From positions 3,224,001-3,288,000 of the forward strand of contig CM022675.1 of assembly GCA_012295275.1 (NCBI GenBank): a stretch of DNA of 64,000 nucleotides, written 5' to 3'. Made by a program: the position numbers and the translations under genes. Under the pieces are notes generated by a model. That model searched no databases, was not told where the DNA came from, and saw only the letters and a program-made list of their open reading frames with translations. Origin of the DNA: Chrysomallon squamiferum. Lineage: Eukaryota; Animalia; Mollusca. Shown here piece by piece: positions 1 to 12,201 of the stretch (positions are counted from its first letter, which is position 1; every line of letters begins with the position of its first letter).

Positions 1-69
1 CATTCTGAAATATTTTGAAAATAAATTAAGCTAAAATTAAGCTAAGACTAAACATGTTATAAATATTAA

Positions 70-112
<43 letters not shown>

Positions 113-864
113 TTTATTATTTCTGCCAAATTTAAAATAAATTTGCTTTGACCAAACAATCTTCGTATGCCTATCCTGTCTGGGAAAATAAATATAAACA
201 ATCTGTTGATAGGGTAATTCTGGATACCTGACATAAATAGTTAAATTGTGTGACCAGTACATGGTGCTTAAAACTTAACAGAACAAGAAAACTGAGTTTT
301 AAATATATTACATACAGATATTAACACAAGACATATATACAAAACAAAAATACAGCTTTTTGAGGACAGAACTATATTTCTATTAATAAATTACTTGTTT
401 TACACACAAACAAACATTTGTATAGTGTTCAGAGTTACTCCTTTACAGTTTAATTACAGGTTCAGATCTTAAAAGACCATTCTAAAATGAGTTTTCATTT
501 ACAAAATAAATAAATAGTTTCTATTTGACATTTAGTTTTGAGTTATTATTTTTGTTATTGACATTTACAAGCATCAGTTGTAACAATTTAACTTTTCATA
601 GCAAATTATTACTTCATTAGTAAATGTTTTAAAGTAAATTGACACAGATTCACCTATCACTATAATTATATAAATATAATTCATTGATATATATACTTCA
701 CATTGGTAGACATTTTAGAGATGGCTGGATTACATGTGTGATTTTATTGACTGATGCTGCTTTGTGATTTTAACCCAACTCAGCTATTTATGTATTGTTG
801 ATTTATAATTGTTATTTTATAGTCAGAATTGTTTTCATGTTGCTTGACTGTTTATATTTTACAG

Positions 865-1122
865 ATTTCACTTTCCACACTTCCACTCTGACTGACAAAT
901 TTACAACTCAGACAGGTGAGTGAATCTGAAATAATGTTGTTTGTTTGCTTGTTTCTTTATTTGCTAGTTTAGTATTAATTTATTTGTTTGTTTGTGTATT
1001 TATTAGTTTGTTTGTTGGTCTGTCTGTCTGTTTTTATTTATTTATTTATTTATTTGTTTTATTACTTGTCTGTTATTTATTTGATGTTTATGTTGCTTTT
1101 TATTAAACAACAACATTAACTA

Positions 1123-1154
<32 letters not shown>

Positions 1155-1636
1155 TGTTACACAGTAAAAGCATTTTTTGTCTTGTTTATGTTCAAAAGTT
1201 TTGTATTACATGTTTTATAGATTTTTCATCAACTCAAGTTCAGATCACCTCCGAAACAACAATTAATTCAGATAAAAATATAAATAATTTGAATATCTGT
1301 GTGATAAAATTTGGGGATTGAGTGAAGGGATGATAGTTTCGCAATTAATTAATTAATTTTTATAATTATTTAAAAAATATATATATTTGTTTGTTTGTTT
1401 GTTTATTGATATATTGTTATTGTTTTTATTTCATTTATTGTTTTGTACCCAGTAGATATTTTTCAGATTACAAGAATATTTTTTCTTTGATGTAAATTAG
1501 ATGTAACCATTTTGTTACAGATCAAAGTTCAACTGGAAGCACAAAAACGGTTTTAAGTAAAACAAAATCATCAAATTCAGGTAACTTTGTGAATGTATTA
1601 TTGTTAAATTCAATGTTATTATTTTAAAGCTAAAAT

Positions 1637-1667
<31 letters not shown>

Positions 1668-2456
1668 AACACAGATTAAGTAGAAGTAGTATGTAAGTAT
1701 TTGTCATTAAAAACAGTGAACACAAAAATATAAAATGGCTAGTCAGAAAAGTCTAGTGTTCACTTTCTTTTCCTTGGAAACATGAATGTTAGCAAACAGC
1801 TCTTATTAATGGATAATTTTTTTTTTTTTTTTTGCATTTTATAAATTTATATTTTTTGCAGGTGTTGCTGTTGGTTTTTCTGTAACTGTCATTATACTTT
1901 TAGTAGTGTGCACAGTTGTCGCTGTTGTTTATATGAAAAGGTAAATAGAGTTACCATTCTTGATTGATGACTTGAGATAACTCTTTATATTTATGTAATA
2001 ATGTTTCAGTTCTTAAATTATTTACTATATATAATAAACAAACATAGAAATAATAATAATATCAAAAATAATAATTATTATTATCATCATTATTATTATT
2101 AATGATTGTCATTATTTTTTAATTGTTATTTTATTTTAGCTTATTTCATGTTAATTGATTGCTATTTTTGAAAAGTAAATATTAAAAATGTATATTTTGT
2201 TTTCTCAATCACACACTTTATCTGTTATTGCAGGAAAAATCTTTTATGTTTTCAACAAAAGTCAGTAGACGTCGCTCACAACAACAGCAACAACTCAGTG
2301 ACTACGACAACAGCAACAGAAACTGAGAACAGTGCAATCAGTGACTCAAATTATGAGCAACTCAGTATGACTCACAGTTCTGAAAATGAGTACATGAGCA
2401 TGCCACGTGAAACAGAACATGTTTACTGTGTAATGGGCTCAAATGTTGAAGATTAA
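865..2456 (+). CDS. Paralog A: 3' part of a CTLD/WSC-family type I membrane receptor, short-tail class (5' exons not found in the window)
   Basis: Stalk exons 865-915 (DFTFHTSTLTDKFTTQT) and 1521-1580; 1221-1271 looks like a stalk exon but its donor reads AT. TM exon 1862-1940 (GVAVGFSVTVIILLVVCTVVAVVYMKR). Tail exon 2234-2456 (KNLLCF...DSNYEQL...EYMSM...HVYCVMGSNVED*). Phases are compatible and TM/tail are homologous to D and E. Confidence 0.8.
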
Positions 2457-3530
2457 AACAAATAAAGTTTGACTGAGTGAAATACTCGATCTGCTAGTTA
2501 AAATAAAACTTTTACAAGTGTACTGCATAGTCTGCAGAAATGTTTATTTATTTTTTAATTTTTAATTTTGTTTACTTTCATATTCAGGAAAATACTGAAA
2601 CACAGATTAATCAGATTAACTTAACATTTATAATAATAATAATAATAATAATGGCTAATATTTATTTGATAATTATGATAATTAATTAATTTAGAATTAC
2701 TTCTTTGTATTAATAACACACACATATTCAAACAGCTCTACATGCACATTCATTTACATATCTATTTCTGTGTATATCTCTATAGGCACATACACAAACA
2801 CATATCTGTCTTATCTATCTATTCATATAATCTATCCATATATCTACCTTTCTATCTAATTTTATAATGTACACATAAAATAATATATACATGTAGGGGC
2901 CGACAGCTGATAAATATTTCACTTACTTTTTAAATGCAAACTACTAATTATTCACAAAAATACAAAACACACAACTACTCTTCACAGTCAAAATTTACAT
3001 CAGAAACATCAAGTGTAATAATGATCTGTTCTCTCTGTGAGACTTATTTAACTAATTCCTGTTCCAACTGGTTATCTTAACATGTTTATCAAGATTATTG
3101 TAAAATGATTATTTATTAATGTCAGTACTGAACAGCCTTTACTTCCCTAATTACAAAAATATTTTGAGAAATGGAGAAGTGTATTTAGAATTTTTAAAAT
3201 TAAAGCTACAATAATGAATGTGTATGTGTGTAAATGAAAGATTGTAAAACACAGAAGTAATTTTTTCTTAAAGTTGTGTAATTCAGAGCTGGTCACACAA
3301 AATATTTCCTGTTCCAGTCAATACCAGTGACTGGTTTTCCTGTTTACGAGAGGGTATATATTTTGTTAATAATAAACGAGAGTAGTCCATGCTGTGCTAT
3401 CATCAGGTTTCCTCTCCGTACTTCTATGATTCTTAACACATCACCTTGTAATTATATATTACAAATTAATAAAACATCTCTTCTTCCTATGACATCAAGA
3501 AATGACAAAAGAACACAGAATTATTAAAAA

Positions 3531-6292
3531 TCAACCTCTCACAGAATCAAGGTGGTTATAATCATCACTGGTGTAGTCAGCTTTTTTCAGATCCATGTCA
3601 GTGATGTAGTCGCCTTCAGTCATAGCAGCGATGTGGTTGTACGTCTCATCATGAGAAGATGTTGACTTTGATGCTGTTGTATCGTAATCACCTTCCATGA
3701 TGTCTCCGATGTGGTTGTATGTTTTGTCATGAGTAGACATGGACTTTGGTTTTGATTCAGTTGTATCATAATCATCTTCAACATAGCTGTCGGTGTGGTT
3801 GTAGTTGCTATTCTGATTGTCAATGATGTGCGACCCAGATGTTTCGTTCTTCTTCATCTTTTTGTTTATTTGACTGTAGACATCAGAACTTGATTTAACT
3901 TCATTGCTGCCTTGTAGGACGTTGTAGTCATCATCAATGTTGTTGTTGTAGCTGTTGTTTGTTTGAACATTCGCTGCATTCACATCAGTTGCCAGTTCAT
4001 AGTCACTGGAGTTTGGCTTGGTTGCCATGGTAACATTTGTTAGAGTTTCAAACACGTAATGTGAATCAGTGTCTGGTTTGATCTCATCATAATCTGACAA
4101 GTTTTGATGTTTCACAGATCTGATTCATCGAGTCATGCTGCTTTCTTGTTTAGTCTTGAAACAAAATTTATGTGATCTGAAGAGAAAAAACCCACAAACA
4201 AACAAAATAATTAAACAGAAATAAATAAATAATTTAACAAATAAACAACAAACAAATGAATAGAGAAGCAAACAAATATAATCAAAAAAACAAAATAGAA
4301 GATAAACAAGTAAATAAATTAACTAAATGTAATAAACAAACATAAATAAGAAAACAAATAAACAAACAAAAAACAAAAAAACAAAATGTATTGTGTGTAG
4401 AAACATTTAGAGTTTTAATTTAGATAAACAATTAATAAGCTTGAAAAGATTTCATATTTACCTTTTCATTCAAATAGTCAGAACAACTGCTCCAGTGATG
4501 AATAGAATTAGAGTAACAGAAACACCTACAGCAATACCTACATAAATAAATAAATAAATAATAAAATAAAATAAAAATGAGTAAATATGCTGACAGAATA
4601 TCAATAATTATACATAGTCTATTGAATATAATTATCTTAAGTTAGGTTTGGTTAAAATTAGTATTATACAGTTACATTTTATAGAAAGTATTTTTACATC
4701 TTGCATGACATTTCTTTTTTTTTATTTTTTCACAGGTAAATAAAATATATTTTATTTTGTTTCCTAATAACTTTTTGTGCAAGTATACTAATTAAAGTAA
4801 AGAAATAAATATTAAAAACTGAAATAGTCATTCGTTTTAAATTTGTACCTGTTTGGTCTTTTTTATCTACAATAATAACAATAATTACAACAGTAATAAC
4901 ATTAACAAAAAAAAATACAGCGACAACAACAGTATTAACAACACTAATAATAACGTTAACAATAACAACAACAAGACAACACAAATGATTATAGCAGTAG
5001 TAGCAGTGGTGGTAGTAACAATGATAATAATGATAATAATAATGATGATAGTGATCAAATAAAATTATAATGATAATAATAATAACAACAACAATAGCAA
5101 TAACACTAAAAACGTCATAATAAAAACAACAATATTAAAATAGTGTTTTTTACTTGTAGTACTATAACAACAACAGCAACAACTTCTATAGTTCTGCTAT
5201 TATTAACTTCAAAACAATGATAAATAATACCTAATATTTTATTATTTTGAATGAATTCTGTTACATCAAATATGTATACACGTCATTTTAAAATGTTACG
5301 GTATTTCATTTAATTCTTTTGTTTGTTAGGTTTCAAAAGTTATTTATTTGTGTGTTTCTGAAATTACACTAACAATGGTTTAATCGTAAATATCAATTAT
5401 AAATTAAAAGAAATTATTAATTAAGTATTTATGAAGGATAATAATAATATTACTTGTTATGGAAGCGAACGGAGTTGTCTCCCTTCCAGACTTTACCGAT
5501 GCAGACGACTCGAAAACAGTTTTCTCGTCTTTCGAAGCTGGTGTTTTGGTACTTCCAACTAACAAATTTGAATGAGATAAAGTCGTATGTTTTAAGAAAT
5601 TTGATGCACGTTTTCTGAACAGATCTTAATTATAGATCATCACTCGAATATGTTAATATTACATAATGTTATTACTTTAGAAGTAATCAGAAGAAAACAG
5701 CAAACAAACCTGTCTATCTATATATCTATAATCTGTAACTATATGTATGTGTTCATGTATGTTTTCATGTATGTATTTATGTATGTATGTATTTATGTAT
5801 CCATCTATCTGTCTATGTATTTGTCTGTCTGTTCATTGATACATTTTGTTTATACTTTTTTTAATACAGAATTATCCAAACATTAAAAATATATTAGTAT
5901 TAATACCTGGACTTGGTAGATTATATGTTCGAAAATTCGAATCTGTAATATATGAAAAATTATAATTACTAAAAACACATTTTAAAATATTAATATCCTG
6001 TAAGTGATGATAAAAAATAATCGGTGTTATCAGATAAACAAAATAGGGTAACAAGATCAGATTTCAAATACTGGATGGTTAGCAGTTCTCTGAAAATTTT
6101 ATTTCACTAGTTGATAGAATGCTTCTAAAATATCTGTGTATATATAAATAAATAAATAATACTTACTACTAATACAAATGGCGGAGTGGACGTCACTACA
6201 GCTCCTAATTGAAAATGAAGTTTTGGCGTTTGAGTATTTTTCTAACAACAGGCAGCCATTTTGTGTAATGTTTATATTCAGTGTCATATGTT
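3531..6292 (-). pseudogene. Paralog B: 5'-truncated pseudogene, long-tail class
   Basis: Minus-strand exons 6292-6167 (CTLD2 C-half), 5942-5907, 5558-5454, 4866-4849 (stalk), TM 4537-4462 and tail 4176-3531. TGA at 4470-4472 replaces Trp of WMKR, and TGA at 4125-4127 replaces Gln of paralog C. Exons 1-6 are absent; a Tc1 relic starts about 230 bp upstream of exon 7. Confidence 0.85.
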
Positions 6293-6798
6293 CTGAAATA
6301 CAAATTATGTTTTGATTTAATTAGGCAGTTGAAAAGAATATTGGTTAAGTTGCTAAGAATAAACAAATAAAAACAACCGAAGTTATAATAATAATAATAA
6401 CAATAACAACAATAATAATAATAATAATAATAATAACAGATAATTACAAAATAAATAAATAAATACGTAAATCAAATCAGAATGGACGAAATCAATGTAA
6501 ATTATATACACTACATACATTTATACTGAACAAAATAAGAAACTTACGCTAACTTTGCTTGAACATAACACGATGAAACCAAACCGGGGAAATAATTGTT
6601 ATATATGTCTTTAAAGAATGTTCAGTTATACATTGTCTGGTACAAACATCATGGCCATAGATTAAAAAAAAAAAATGGGAGAAATTTTAACCAAGTCTGG
6701 TAGGGGTTAAAGAAACACACACACACTTAATAACAGGTATTACCACCTCTTGAACTGACCACTGCAGTACATCATAAGGCGCATACAATTGACTAGAG

Positions 6799-9433
6799 CA
6801 GTGTTTCTCAACCTTTTTTTACTCTCGACATATCTACGAGCGCATGAAACTGTCGCGACACAGTAATAATTTTAAATATTATATGATGAAATCGTAAAAT
6901 AAATTTAAAAATACGTATATAGACTTGTCTGAAACAGTTTATTATGTTAGTATCCCAGAATTGCCACTTACCTAGTGTGAAACTTGTTCCTGGTTTTGTC
7001 TTATGACTTCTTGAATATTTGGTCGTATGTGCGATAAGCAAACTCTCATTTCTTCTTCAGTGCAACGTAGTCTTTCTCTCTTCTTATTTTTTATATTATT
7101 TAAGGTTGAAAAGCCCAATTCACACAAATAAGGAGTAGAGAATTGTAAAAGAACTAACAGGGCTTTTTCAGCTAATGCGGGAAATTCCTTTTGTATTGAA
7201 ATACAAAATGTGTCGATATCTACCTCAGAATGCTTTATTTTAAGACTGCTGTCACTTGAAATGGTAGCCAATTCTTCTTCTTCGCATAATTTAAACCCAA
7301 TATTAGAAGGAACATCTACAAAAGGATTACGAACCCAGTCGTACTTTTCAGTGTTCAGCGACGGAAAGTAGTGGTCGATGTCTTCTTCGAGCGCTGTCAG
7401 ATGCTCAACCACGATAGGGATCATTTCTTTAGTGCAGTTAGTACGCATTGTAGGAAACATATCAAACTCACCCAACTTTGCTCTGTTTTTCCAAATAACA
7501 ATTTTCTTTTTAAGGGCAACCAACTTATCTGTCGAAGTTAGAATATTTTCGTTTCGACCTTGCATACTACTGTTCACAATATTAAGTTGACCAAATATTT
7601 CAGTCAAATATTCCATTTTGGCCATCCAAAATTCACATCGAGGATATTTACCAAATCTTTCGTGCTTTTCTTTATCAAAAATACTATTAATTCCTTCTGT
7701 AATTCATGAACGCGAGTTAACACTTTACCTATTGACAGCCATCGAACGTCGGTATGCATGAGTAAGCGAACATGTTGAGAATCCATTGACTTGCATAGTT
7801 CTTCGAATAATCTCGACTTTATTGGCCTGCTTTTAATGTAATTGACAATTTCAACTACTTGATGTAACACTTGCTTCAAATCTTCTTGTGATACTTTTGA
7901 AACTAAAACTTCTCTATGTAAAAAGCAATGAGTACGAACAAGATTTGGATTTTCTTTCCGTGCTAGTGATGCAAAACCTTTAATGCAGCCTACCATACAT
8001 GGTGCACCATCAGTACAAATACCAACACAAAACTTCCACGTCAAATTCATTTTTTTAAGATAGCCGGTTATCATATCAAAAATATCTTGACCTCTAGTAG
8101 TTGTTGGCATTTCTTTACAACACAAAAACTGACTGATTATTTCATCATCATTAATGAAACGAACAAATACAAGCAATTGAGCACTGTTACTGATATCGGT
8201 CGATTCATCAACTATTAAAGCAAATTTAGATCCTTCAAGTTTTTTCTGAACATTAGTTTCAATGTTTTCAGATAAATCTACAATTCTCCTGTGTATTGTA
8301 TCATTTGAAAGCGGAATTTTACTAATTTCTTTTTCAGCTGTTTCGCCTAACATGGATTTCACCATCTTTTTACAAGCGGGAAGGATAACTGACTCAGCAA
8401 GAGTGTGGGATTTGAATTTCATTGCTATTATTTCAGCTACCTCAATTGAAGCGAGTTGAGCCCGTTCAGACATGGTCATTGTTTTCTGAAAAACATTGCT
8501 TTGATTGCTGTTGTAACAGTCTTTGAAAATAATTAAGATCTTTATCTTGTAGGTAGGAATGTTTAGTCGTGAAATGTCTTAGTAATTTATTTGGTACCAT
8601 GGATTCATTGGCCATTTTTTCACCACAAACTATACATAATGGACATGGTTGAGCAACATCTCCTGACCAAGGAAATCCAAACTTCAAATAATCATCACAA
8701 TACCGTCTATTATGGTGAACTTTTGCCTTTTTTTGTGCTGGATTTTGTGGGCTTCATTGTATGTTCTGTTTCAACCTCACACCTGTCTCTAACATCCTTC
8801 CTTTTAACAAATTTATCCATTGTGAAGGGGTATTCATCAGCAATTAACACGCGCGTACTCTAACCAACAACAGTAAACAACAGGCAGCGTTAAACTAGTT
8901 ATGATTAGTCACAAGCTAATTTAGTTTAAATTCATCTGTAATTTAGAGGTCAAAATTGAGTGTGCAGTACGATTGAGTTCGATGTAAGTAAATAGTAAAC
9001 ACCGTAAACTGAACAGATTTGCCGTGACGACAGATTTGCATTTGCAAAGTCTGTTCTAACTAGCATAATTTCTTAACTAAATACACCTAGTTAGTTACAT
9101 CTCTTTACTAATAAGTGTTTAAGAATGACAATAATTTAAAACACAGCGAAGTTAATTCGACAACACCACACACACAAACTATCACACTGACGTCTCATGG
9201 GCAACTGATCGACCTTGAGCGAAAGGTGCAAAGGTTGGTGGCCGCCACTGATCGGTGGACTTTGAATGTGTGCATATTCAAGGCATATCCTCCAAGGCAT
9301 ATCAGTAGAACATGAAACCGAGATCTATGCACACTGTCCGTGTTTTCAGGTGTTCGTCACAAAGTTTCGCGACACACCTGAGGGAGCTTCGCGACACACT
9401 TGTGTGTCGCGACACGGCGGTTGAGAATCACTG
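6799..9433 (-). mobile_element. Full-length hAT DNA transposon (Buster/Charlie/SPIN-like)
   Basis: 15-bp TIRs CAGTGTTTCTCAACC (6799) and GGTTGAGAATCACTG (ends 9433), one mismatch. Perfect 8-bp TSD GACTAGAG at 6791-6798 and 9434-9441 with central TA. The empty site (gactagaa) is visible in the paralogous Tc1 copy at ~27979. Confidence 0.95.
6972..8820 (-). pseudogene. hAT transposase (ZBED5/ZBED8/SCAND3-like) broken by three frameshifts
   Basis: ATG at 8820 (MDKFVKRK). Zn finger CIVC...[34 protein letters not shown], and C-terminal FSTPYLCELGFS. Frameshifts near 8730, 8500 and 7680; no in-frame stops inside the aligned segments. Confidence 0.9.
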
Positions 9434-10800
9434 GACTAGAGTGCTGATTTCTGAGTGAGGAATATTGTTCCAGTCCTCCTGAATGAGCGTTTGACAAAGT
9501 TCGTTGATGTTAGGGGGTGGGTTGGGACGACGCCTCAGCCGTCTGTCCAGACTTTCCCAGACAAACTCGATGTGACAGTCATGAATGTAGTCAGTGTTAT
9601 TGTTTGTGTGCCCAGTTAAAACGCTTCCGACGTAAGGACGTGTCCATGTAAAGCGTCCATGTAACTCAGCAAATAATAACACAGCTCAAGGCTAATACTA
9701 CCTACATAACTTCATTACACAATGAATTCTTAAACACAACAAATACTATATATACAGATCGAAAATGTCTTTTTTTTTTCTTCAGCATATATACATAAAT
9801 TCATACACAAATACACACCTACACATACGCACGAACATTCATACAAACACATCGCACGTACATAAACACACACAGAATTTACACGCCTCTGTCAGTATAT
9901 ATACACACACGTTTTTGTGCGAATGTGTTTCTCTGCGTATCTATTTTTATATATACAAATGTTTGTACGTAGATACACATATCTACTTTCGTATATACAC
10001 AGATAGGTATGAATATATTTACCTCTTTGTATGTTTACATAAACACACACATACACACACCCTCACATACACAGTGATTTGCACACACATACATAGTTGC
10101 TTAAATAGATGCACATACTTGCATATATGCATATATACTCAGAAACACACTGGCATGTACTATATAACAGTTATTCAGTCACTACAGTCAACTTTCCTCT
10201 GTTTCTTTTTCTATTCACCTTTGTCTTATTTCTTCACATCACCTCTTTTTCTGTCTACTTCTTATTCTGTTTCGTTAACACGAGTAGTAAACTGAATAAT
10301 GTAAGTTAATTTAAAATTCGTATTTTAAACTGAGCGACAAAGAAACACAGATGAACAAGAAAAGTAAATAAATAATAAATAAAACGAACACACAGAAAAC
10401 AGGTTTAACAAGTTTATATCAAGTTGACGTCTGAGTTATTTTCTTTCAAGGAGAGCAAAGTCTGATGTAATATTTCAAACGAGAAATAGCTACCTCGAAA
10501 TATTTTTATGTTTTATGTGTTAGTGATTTTCTGTATAGATAATATGCATCTAGGTGGATATGTGCATCTACATAAACACGTGTGTATGTGTGTGCGTGTG
10601 TGTGTACTTATGTAAGCATACTTAAAGAGATAAACATGTATTCATATATATGTATATAAGTAGCTATGTGGATCTACGTACACTCATGCAAACAGAAAAA
10701 CACACATTCATAAGCATGTATATATACATACTGACAGACGTGTGTATGTTTGTATATGTGTCCCATGTACGTCGTCTATGTGTGTATTTATACATTCATG

Positions 10801-10859
<59 letters not shown>

Positions 10860-11416
10860 CTATTATTAGTTTCTAGACAGAAAACGCTGTACAAAAATAA
10901 TAAATACAAATTTCAGTTTCTGTTAACTATTTAAATAATTTTAGCCAGCCTTTCCGTATTTCTCATTATTATCAAAATCATAACATTATCATCGTCATCT
11001 TAACATAATAACAACATTATCGTAATTATAATCATCGTCGTCGTTGTCGTCATCTTCATAATACTAACTGAATTATCGTAATTACAGTCATCATCATTGC
11101 CATCTTCATCTTCATCATAAAAACGAACACAAAGCAAACAGGTAGATAGTCTATATTTAGCAAGTTTATTTAATACAGACGAGTGAGTTATTTTCTTTCT
11201 AGGACAGCAGACACACTCTGTTCACTTCTTGGTTTAATGTGTTTTAATGCACAGATTAATGTAAGATTTCAAACGAGTTTTAACTACCTCGGTAATAAAA
11301 ATATTTCATTATTATTCATCTACGTATAAATATTTTCGTGTATTACTGGAGATTTTGAAAGGGTTTTTGTAAAAATAGATCAATGTTTTACTTCCTTGTT
11401 CAGTTAACAGGGTGTC

Positions 11417-12123
11417 ATGGCTGAAGTATGGAGTACAAGTCGTCTGCTTCTTACAACTTTTGGCGGGATTTTATATCAGTTGTTATCTGCGTCAGGTAAA
11501 ATATTTTGATTGTTGTGTTTATAATAGTGGGAAGGAAAACAAATTTTTAAAAAGTAGTGAGACTTCCCGGTTATTTTAGATAATTTACGAATGTTTTTAT
11601 TAAGCATATTATCACTGAGTTTTAAATTTAATTTATATTCAGAGTTCTTACCCCCAGCGGCACTTGTTTGAAGAAAGATGTATAAATTGTTATCTTTGTA
11701 GAACAGCAGACACTTTGTCTCACTTCCAAAGTGTAATGTGTAAAGCCTAGCGTAAGATTTCAAACGATTACTGGGTACCTCAGTAATTAAAATGTTTTCC
11801 ATGTATAACTATTTTAGTGTAATAGAGTTTTCGAAGTTGTTATATCGGTTAACAAAATTAATCTTCCTGAAAATGGGTGTCATGGCTGAAGTATGGATTA
11901 AAAGTCAGCGGTTTTCTGCGTCAAGTAAAAAAAAAATAATTACAAGTGCAAACATTTTTATTTTTATTTTGCTATGGCTAGACTTTTGTGGTAGAAAATA
12001 ATATTTTAAAAAGTGGTGAGAATTCCCGATTATTTTTGATAATTTACAAATGTCTTGCAAGTATATTATTATTATTATTTAATTTTGATTCATATTTAGA
12101 TAACTGGCCCTCAGAAGCGCTAG

Positions 12124-12201
<78 letters not shown>

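Larger units (their letters stand above)
6524..9787 (-). mobile_element. Tc1/mariner relic, internally deleted and interrupted by the hAT insertion
   Basis: Terminus tactgaacaaaataagaaactt at ~6524. Residual C-terminal transposase peptide (IEFVWESLDRRLRRRPNPPPNINELCQTLIQEDWNNIP) at 9440-9590. Colinear with the copy at 27720-28928. Right end is approximate. Confidence 0.75.

Noticed and set aside
3531-4115. 194-aa ORF as a stand-alone gene
   Set aside because: It is the tail exon of pseudogene B downstream of a premature stop, and it starts at GTG.
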